A model generated the notes under the pieces. That model worked only from the letters and a program-made list of their open reading frames with translations, was not told the DNA's origin and did not search any database. Shown here in pieces: positions 7,584 through 13,904 of a stretch of DNA of 16,096 nt. Position 1 is the first letter of the stretch; each line of letters opens with the position of its first letter. The position numbers and the translations under genes were made by a program. The stretch spans positions 1 to 16,096 of the forward strand of contig JBHLSH010000083.1 in the NCBI GenBank assembly GCA_048881705.1. Reading direction: 5' to 3'. Source of the DNA: Candidatus Heimdallarchaeota archaeon (GTDB lineage Archaea > Asgardarchaeota > Heimdallarchaeia > Hodarchaeales > Hodarchaeaceae).

Positions 7584-8272
7584 CCGATCTCCTCCATTAG
7601 TTCGTGTTCCTGGTGTAACCTACCGCCGCGTAAGATAAGTATCCGATCTGCTTGCTCTGCCATTGCCAGATCATGTGTCACCATTATCACAGTTATACCC
7701 TGTAGTGTCGTGATGTCCCGAAACAACTGGATTATTTGTTGTCCAGTTTTAGTATCTAGATTGCCGGTTGGTTCATCCGCTAGGAGAATTTTGGGAGAAT
7801 TTGCGAGTGCCCGAGCAATCCCAACCCTCTGCTGCTCTCCCCCGGATAAATCATCAGGCTTGTGATCCGCACGGTGTACAAGATTTACCCTAGTTAGCAA
7901 TTCAAGCGCATTTTTCCTTGCTTCATTCTCTTCTACCCCTATCAACATCATTGGAAACATTACATTTTCAACAGCTGTTAAGTGTGGCAGGAGATTGAAA
8001 TCTTGAAAAATAAGCGATGTAATATGCCGTCTATTTTCCACAAGGTTGGCTCGAGAGAGATCGACCTTATCTACGAGTACTGTTCCTTTAGTAATTTCCT
8101 CTATACTGGCTATTATGTTTAAAAGGGTTGATTTTCCCGATCCGCTTGGTCCCATTATAGCAATGAATTCCCCCTTTTGCACATTCATTGAAATGCCTTT
8201 TAAAACTTCAATATCTTCTGCCCGGGGAATAAAAAAGGTTTTATGGAGATCTGAGACTTCCAAAATCACCAT
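7580..8272 (-). CDS. ABC transporter ATP-binding protein (LolD/MacB-like NBD)
   Basis: GPSGSGKST, LSGGEQQRV, LLADEPTGNLD, VTHD. Confidence 0.92.
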   Translation of the reverse strand: MVILEVSDLHKTFFIPRAEDIEVLKGISMNVQKGEFIAIMGPSGSGKSTLLNIIASIEEITKGTVLVDKVDLSRANLVENRRHITSLIFQDFNLLPHLTAVENVMFPMMLIGVEENEARKNALELLTRVNLVHRADHKPDDLSGGEQQRVGIARALANSPKILLADEPTGNLDTKTGQQIIQLFRDITTLQGITVIMVTHDLAMAEQADRILILRGGRLHQEHELMEEIG

Positions 8273-8298
8273 TCAAATCAATCCACGAAAAACGAATG

Positions 8299-8324
8299 AA
8301 ATTACAGGTCTCGACCTGAAAATT
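8299..8324. promoter_or_regulatory. Palindrome CAGGTC-N2-GACCTG (10/12 extended arms), candidate operator of the ABC operon
   Basis: Perfect 6-bp arms at 8305-8310 and 8313-8318, directly downstream of a TTAAAAT box (8328-8322, minus strand) and upstream of ATG 8272. Confidence 0.4.
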
Positions 8325-8340
8325 TTAAGTATTATGGAGG

Positions 8341-8351
8341 AAAAAAAAAAA
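8341..8351 (-). terminator. Oligo-T (T11) archaeal-type terminator after the EamA gene
   Basis: An A11 run on the plus strand, 10 nt downstream of the EamA stop. Confidence 0.55.
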
Positions 8352-8361
8352 GCGTGATTAC

Positions 8362-9261
8362 TTACTCTTCATTATTAGGAAAGTTTATTACAAATATTCC
8401 GGCAATTATTAGGATTAATCCAATCACAAACGTCCATAGAATCTCTTCTTGGAGGAGGATCGTGGAAAATATGGTTCCGAAAATGGGAACAAGGTTGATG
8501 AAGATAGCAGCCCTTGTTGGACCTATTGATGCTACAGACACGAAATATAATGTAAAACTCATGAAAGTTACAAAAGCTCCAAGAATCAGAACACCTGACC
8601 AGAAAGTCATAGAGTTCAGAGCAGAAAGGTCCCATACCCCCTCTAAAATTGAACCTATACCAAAAAAAATCATTCCCATAAATACACCTCCCGCTGTAGC
8701 TTCGAATGCCGATATTCCATCTTGCATGGTCAGTTTACTCAAATTTGTATATAATCCCCAACATACCATTGCCATAAGAACTAACAGATTTCCAATCAGA
8801 TATTCCAAGCGAAAATCTAATAGGGATTGCACCCCTATCACAAAGATTATGCCCAAGAAACTTATGCCAAACCCTAAATACTGCCAAGTTTGTTGAAGTC
8901 TCTCTTTCAAAAAGTAATGGGCAAACAAGCTCACTATTGCTGGATTGGCTCCAGCAATAATACTACCTTGAGCTGCTGTTGTGAAGTTCAAACCCACCAA
9001 AAAAAATACACCATATCCAAATGCACCGGTAAGACCTAACAAAAGGAAATTCCTAAGATTTCTCCGTGTATATCGGATAGGGGAATATTTCCACAGGAGA
9101 ATTGGGAGAAAACAGCAGAATGCAAAAAAGAACCTAAAGAATCCTATCGTTAAAGGAGGCGCGATACCTACTAATATCTTACCTATTGGCCAGCTCAATC
9201 CCCAGCCGAGAGTTGCCAGTACCATGAACAAGTAATAGAGATTAACGGATCTTTGAACCAC
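8362..9261 (-). CDS. EamA/DMT family transporter
   Basis: About 10 hydrophobic segments in two EamA repeats. Motifs WGLSWP, IAFFRF-like IGFFRF, AGANP, FINLVPIFG. GTG start. Confidence 0.92.
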   Translation of the reverse strand: MVQRSVNLYYLFMVLATLGWGLSWPIGKILVGIAPPLTIGFFRFFFAFCCFLPILLWKYSPIRYTRRNLRNFLLLGLTGAFGYGVFFLVGLNFTTAAQGSIIAGANPAIVSLFAHYFLKERLQQTWQYLGFGISFLGIIFVIGVQSLLDFRLEYLIGNLLVLMAMVCWGLYTNLSKLTMQDGISAFEATAGGVFMGMIFFGIGSILEGVWDLSALNSMTFWSGVLILGAFVTFMSFTLYFVSVASIGPTRAAIFINLVPIFGTIFSTILLQEEILWTFVIGLILIIAGIFVINFPNNEE

Positions 9262-9653
9262 TTAAAGAAACCTCTATCAATGGAGAAAATAAATCATAAA
9301 AACGTTTTAATCATCGTTTATTAGCGTTAAACCCTATTTTTTTAAACAAGCTCCTTTAATTAAATGCACGATCAAATGCCACGGTACTTATCTTATCCTA
9401 TCGCAGGAGATGTGGTATCGTAGAAAGTAGCGAAAGCGAAACAAGAAGGGTAAAACTGGTTGGAAAATCCGGAAGTTAGATAGCAATTCCAATCCGGTTT
9501 TAGTTCTGATAGCCCAGATGGAAAGTACTTATGGTATACAAGAAAAGCCTTTCTTCAGGCATTAGAACGCAAATATTTAGATTTATTGGATTAAGTTTGC
9601 CATTTACTTGACTATTATTGTTCACATTCTTCTATCTGCAACGAGGTTGTTCA

Positions 9654-11765
9654 ATGACTTCTCACATCCCTGCGCGTTTGAAATATCTGGAACAATTGGC
9701 CAACAATTTACTTTGGGTTTGGCATTCTCCAACCAGGGACTTGTTCAAAAGATTAGACCATCCAACTTGGGTTTCGACTGGCCATAATCCTGTACGTATG
9801 TTGCAATTAATACCCGAGAATAGATTACGATATATTGCGGAAGATCCATCATTCTTAAAACGTTATGACGCTGTTATTCATAGATTCGAACGGGATTTAT
9901 CATTCCAGGATAATTGGTTTAAGCAGACGTACCCTGATCATAATTCTGAACAATTTGCATATATTTCAACTGAGTTTGGCCTCCACCAATCGTTGAACAT
10001 TTATTCAGGGGGATTGGGAGTGTTGTCGGGCGATCACGTAAAAGAGAGCAGCGATCTAGGGATTCCCCTTGTTGCATCAGGATTTGTATATCCTCAGGGC
10101 TATTTCAAGCAGGTTATGCCACGGAATGGATGGCAGCAGGCCCAATACGAGAATATTATTTTCGATCAAACCCCGATAAATCCCGTAACTGAGAATGGAA
10201 AGGATCAACTCCTGGTCGAAATCAATTTTCCAAAGCCAATTTGGCTTCGAATATGGAAGTTGCAAGTCGGCAGAACCCCTCTCATCTTGATGGACACGGA
10301 TATTCCCCAAAATGATCCATGGAATCGGGGGTTATCTTCAAGATTATACGGAGGGGATCAGGAAATGCGCATTCGACAAGAAATTGTCTTGGGGTTTGGA
10401 GCAGTTAGAGTTCTATCCTATTTAGGTTATAATCCTACCCTTTTTCATTTGAACGAAGGACATTCCGCATTCGTTGCCCTTGAACTTCTCCGTCGAGAAA
10501 TTGTAGATGGAGGAAAATCATTTGATGAAGCCAAGAGTCGTGTACGAGAAAGAATAATTTTCACAACTCATACACCAGTCCCCGCAGGGCACGACCAGTT
10601 TGTTTTTGAATTGGTTTCGAAGTATTTCCAAAATTATTGGGAGGATTTAGGTATCAGCCGTGATGAGTTCCTTGCATTAGGCGCATTTGATTGGGATCAA
10701 GGTCATGGATCCCGCTTTAATATGACCGCACTTGGCATAAGGTTTAGTCGTTATCAAAATGCGGTATCAAAGCATAATACTAAAGTGTGTCGTGAGATGT
10801 GGACACAGTTATATTCGTCTCTCGGGAGAAAAGATTACACCCCCATCCAAACCATTACGAATGGGGTTCATTTACCCACATGGGTATGTCGCCCTCTTCA
10901 GAAGCTTTATTCAAAGCATTTGGATAGTTGGCTAACCAACCATGATCAAGAGGGGATATGGAAGTCCATCGATGACATTTCCAGCAAGGAAATTTGGGAA
11001 GCAAGACTCAAGGCAAGAGAAAACATGTTCAGATTCATCAGAGAGCGAGCTAGATGGAAAAGGATGGAGGAAGGAAAGGATTCCCGCCAGACACTGGCAG
11101 CAGGCGCGCTCCTTGATCCAAACACATTGACCGTTGGCTTTGCTAGACGTTTTGCTACCTATAAGCGAGCTGGACTGGTTTTTCAAGACCTTGAACGCCT
11201 AAAAAAGAATCTTCTAGATCCCTACACTCCTATTCAGATCATTTTTGCTGGAAAAGCGCATCCTGCGGACGATCCAGGGAAACAAGTTCTTCAGAATGTT
11301 TATAATCGAGTGGTCGATCCTTCATTCGGTGGTCGGATAGCGTTTATTGAAGATTACGATTTGCAGGTAGCGCAGTATTTAGTTCAAGGTTGTGACATAT
11401 GGCTAAACACACCACGTAGGCCAATGGAAGCTTCAGGAACTTCTGGAATGAAGAGTGGTATCAATGGGGGAATAAATTTCTCAATACTTGACGGTTGGTG
11501 GAAAGAAGCATACGATGGCAGTAACGGCTGGTCTATTGGCGAAGATAAAGATTGGGATGACCCCAATGCCCAGGATGAAAGCGATCTGGTCTCTTTATAT
11601 ACAACCTTGGAAAAAGAAATCCGTCCACTATTCTATCGAAGAAACAACAACGATGTTCCCGAAGACTGGATAGATATAATGCGTAACTCTATTAAAACGA
11701 TCGCGCACTATTTCTCTGCACGTCGGATGATGAAGCAATACGCGAAAATTTATCTTACCAGATGA
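9654..11765 (+). CDS. glgP: Alpha-glucan (glycogen/maltodextrin) phosphorylase, 703 aa
   Basis: YSGGLGVLSGDH, HLNEGH, FTTHTPVPAGHD, ITNGVH, GFARRFATYKR, FAGKAHP and PLP-Lys motif EASGTSGMK. RBS GAGGT at 9643-9647 supports ATG 9654 over 9618. Confidence 0.96.
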   Translation: MTSHIPARLKYLEQLANNLLWVWHSPTRDLFKRLDHPTWVSTGHNPVRMLQLIPENRLRYIAEDPSFLKRYDAVIHRFERDLSFQDNWFKQTYPDHNSEQFAYISTEFGLHQSLNIYSGGLGVLSGDHVKESSDLGIPLVASGFVYPQGYFKQVMPRNGWQQAQYENIIFDQTPINPVTENGKDQLLVEINFPKPIWLRIWKLQVGRTPLILMDTDIPQNDPWNRGLSSRLYGGDQEMRIRQEIVLGFGAVRVLSYLGYNPTLFHLNEGHSAFVALELLRREIVDGGKSFDEAKSRVRERIIFTTHTPVPAGHDQFVFELVSKYFQNYWEDLGISRDEFLALGAFDWDQGHGSRFNMTALGIRFSRYQNAVSKHNTKVCREMWTQLYSSLGRKDYTPIQTITNGVHLPTWVCRPLQKLYSKHLDSWLTNHDQEGIWKSIDDISSKEIWEARLKARENMFRFIRERARWKRMEEGKDSRQTLAAGALLDPNTLTVGFARRFATYKRAGLVFQDLERLKKNLLDPYTPIQIIFAGKAHPADDPGKQVLQNVYNRVVDPSFGGRIAFIEDYDLQVAQYLVQGCDIWLNTPRRPMEASGTSGMKSGINGGINFSILDGWWKEAYDGSNGWSIGEDKDWDDPNAQDESDLVSLYTTLEKEIRPLFYRRNNNDVPEDWIDIMRNSIKTIAHYFSARRMMKQYAKIYLTR

Positions 11766-11792
11766 CTTTTCTTAACACGCCCGCTTTTAGGT

Positions 11793-12383
11793 TTAAGTGA
11801 TCATTTCTTTCGCGGTGGTTTGCCACTTCTTGATCTGTGCATCGGATTTTCGACCAATCAAGGTTGCAATCTCCTGACTGTGGTGTCTTAAAAGATCTTG
11901 TATGGTATTTATCCCCACTTCTGAAAGCTTTTCAAAGGCCGCCTTTCCAATACCCTTGACTTCGCTTACGGAAGTTGTTTTATCGAATTTAGCTTCAACT
12001 GTCACTGGTGCAGCTTCGGGTTCGGGAGGCGATAGCTCTGGTTTTTCTTTTTGTGGTTTTAATGCTTGACTTTTTGGAATTTTAGGTTTTGGAGCTGCTT
12101 TTATTGGTTTAGCCTTTTTTGCAACAATTTTAGTGCGTGATGGAGAAATCTTCGGGGATTTCTTGAAGAGCCTACCAGTAGTCATACATACCCAAAGGTG
12201 AGTCTGCTCGTGAGGTGAATCGGGGAGAAAATGTTCACCAATATCGTAGATGGCCCCAGGACAGCCAGACTCTTGATGATGGCTCTTTGAAATACGATCT
12301 TTCTTGGTGTATCTTTTCTTGACCCATCTTTTTCCAATGATATATGGATTCGTTGGCTTACCAAGAGTAATTTTCCAGGACAT
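11793..12383 (-). CDS. Hypothetical protein with C-terminal helix-hairpin-helix domain, Lys/Pro/Ala-rich linker and His/Cys-rich N-terminal domain
   Basis: VSEVKGIGKAAFEKLSEVGINTIQDLL matches the HhH pattern of RadA N-terminal-like domains. RBS GGAG lies just upstream of ATG 12383. Confidence 0.8.
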   Translation of the reverse strand: MSWKITLGKPTNPYIIGKRWVKKRYTKKDRISKSHHQESGCPGAIYDIGEHFLPDSPHEQTHLWVCMTTGRLFKKSPKISPSRTKIVAKKAKPIKAAPKPKIPKSQALKPQKEKPELSPPEPEAAPVTVEAKFDKTTSVSEVKGIGKAAFEKLSEVGINTIQDLLRHHSQEIATLIGRKSDAQIKKWQTTAKEMIT

Positions 12384-12480
12384 CCATGGTTTCTCCGATT
12401 AGCAATACGTGGTAAGAGTTTCAGGAGGATTGAAAAGAATTTAGATACAAAGTTAGGACCATCAGACCTGAGGGTACCGT

Positions 12481-13632
12481 GTGATTTCAGACGACACCGA
12501 CGAACTTTCCTCATTTTATTCAGCTTATTACCGTTTACTCAAGGCTGGTAAGAAAGCCGTAAATTTTATTAATCAATCTCCCCCTCCTTTAATGGAATTT
12601 TGCCAATATTTGTCCAAGGCAAAAGAAGAACAAAATCTTGTCCATATTGTGGGAATGGGACGCTCTGGAAAGGTAGGGATGTTATTAGGGGAGATTTTAA
12701 AGAACATAGGCTTTCGTATAAGTTACTTGGGCAAGAGTTTAGCAAAACCCGTTAGGAAGGATGACGTGGTCATCGGAGTTACCGGTTCGGGCTGGACCCC
12801 TTTCACCTGCAAGTCATTAGATGATTCCATACAACGTGGCGCAAAAATCCTCGTGATGACACGAGATCCCCGTTCTAAAGCTGCACGATTAGCAGACACC
12901 GTCATTGAAATCCCGTATCCCGTTATTGATGGATTCGAAGAAGAAAGCAGTTCAAACCACGCGCCACTCACTCCCATGGGAACCATGTTCGAGATGAACG
13001 CTCTATTGGTAGGAATGGGGATTTTTTCGGGATTAAATGATGATTCTACCATAAAGGGGTTTAACGACGGAGTTAATAGGGTTTTATCTGCTTCTGAATC
13101 CACATTGGCGTTTATACGAGATAATGAAGAAGTTCTCGCCAAATTCATCCGTTTGATTGAAAGATATTCTCATAAACCGCAGAAAAAAGTATACATCTAC
13201 GGTAGCGGCTTGGATGCCATCATCGGGAGTATGACATCGATCAGGTTGATCCATTGTTATGTGAACATAAAATCAAACTACGACTGGCGTTTCAGGGATG
13301 CGGATGACATGCTCATTGCCATCTCGGGATCAGGCAATTCGACTAGTACTCTAGAAAGAGTAGAAAGCGCAAAATCAGCAGAAATGAATGTTATTGGACT
13401 TACTTCATTTCCAGAATCACGATTAGCTCAAAATAGCGATATCTTCATTAAACTGGAGGGCAGAACCGAATCTCGAGCCGTCGAGCTACGTCAAATTTCT
13501 GACCTACGTATACTTTTGCCTTCTTTTGAATATGTAACCGCGATATTCATGGATTCCTGTGTGGCCCAATTAGCTCATGATCTCAAGATTTCGGAATCAG
13601 AGATGCGCAGAGAACACGCGAATATACAGTAA
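12481..13632 (+). CDS. hxlB: 6-phospho-3-hexuloisomerase (PHI) with two tandem SIS domains, 383 aa
   Basis: GMGRSG (aa 58-63), TGSG, PMGTMFE in half 1. RLIH, ISGSG, SFE and C-terminal MRREHANIQ (PHI-type HANLE end) in half 2. Upstream of an HPS-containing gene. GTG start with RBS GAGGGT. Confidence 0.85.
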   Translation: MISDDTDELSSFYSAYYRLLKAGKKAVNFINQSPPPLMEFCQYLSKAKEEQNLVHIVGMGRSGKVGMLLGEILKNIGFRISYLGKSLAKPVRKDDVVIGVTGSGWTPFTCKSLDDSIQRGAKILVMTRDPRSKAARLADTVIEIPYPVIDGFEEESSSNHAPLTPMGTMFEMNALLVGMGIFSGLNDDSTIKGFNDGVNRVLSASESTLAFIRDNEEVLAKFIRLIERYSHKPQKKVYIYGSGLDAIIGSMTSIRLIHCYVNIKSNYDWRFRDADDMLIAISGSGNSTSTLERVESAKSAEMNVIGLTSFPESRLAQNSDIFIKLEGRTESRAVELRQISDLRILLPSFEYVTAIFMDSCVAQLAHDLKISESEMRREHANIQ

Positions 13633-13904
13633 TATAGATCTCAAACCTTGAATTTCTGTTTTTCGATTTGAAACCTAAATCTGAAGGGATCTAATTTGGT
13701 CTCAAAGACCATGAAAGCTGGAGCTGAGTTGAATTGGGTGAATGAGGACAACCAAATTCAACATACCGCCGCAGAAACTAGGGCTTTGAAGATGGTCAGT
13801 CCAATCTAGATTTGAAATTCTTCCAGAAAACGATTTAGAGGTTATCAATTCATTCGCATTTGACCTTCGGAACCGAATATTCCACCCTCTGGCGGTATTA
13901 AAAC

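Noticed and set aside
8354-8896. Long opposite-strand ORFs in the track (e.g. 8354-8896, 8046-8357, 12723-13148, 12182-12514, 1261-1774, 4555-6393 set, 13985-14233, 15623-15844)
   Set aside because: Fully or mostly overlap well-supported genes on the other strand and have no motifs of their own.
9411-9565. Amber read-through (pyrrolysine) of the short ORF MWYRRK*RKRNKK... starting at ATG 9410
   Set aside because: No pyl genes in the window, no recognisable product, and the frame ends again at 9565.
9364-9594. Possible decayed gene in the EamA-glgP gap (MHDQMPRYL...GDVV/IVES...KLVGK/IRKLD...KPF/LQALERKYLDLLD)
   Set aside because: It needs three separate single-base insertions (near 9417, 9467, 9551) to stitch together. 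That is too much freedom without a homologue; a tBLASTn/BLASTx hit spanning the junctions would revive it.
13633-13904. Moco/Tuco riboswitch upstream of the AOR
   Set aside because: I could not find a multi-stem structure or conserved motif by eye; an Infernal scan would be needed.
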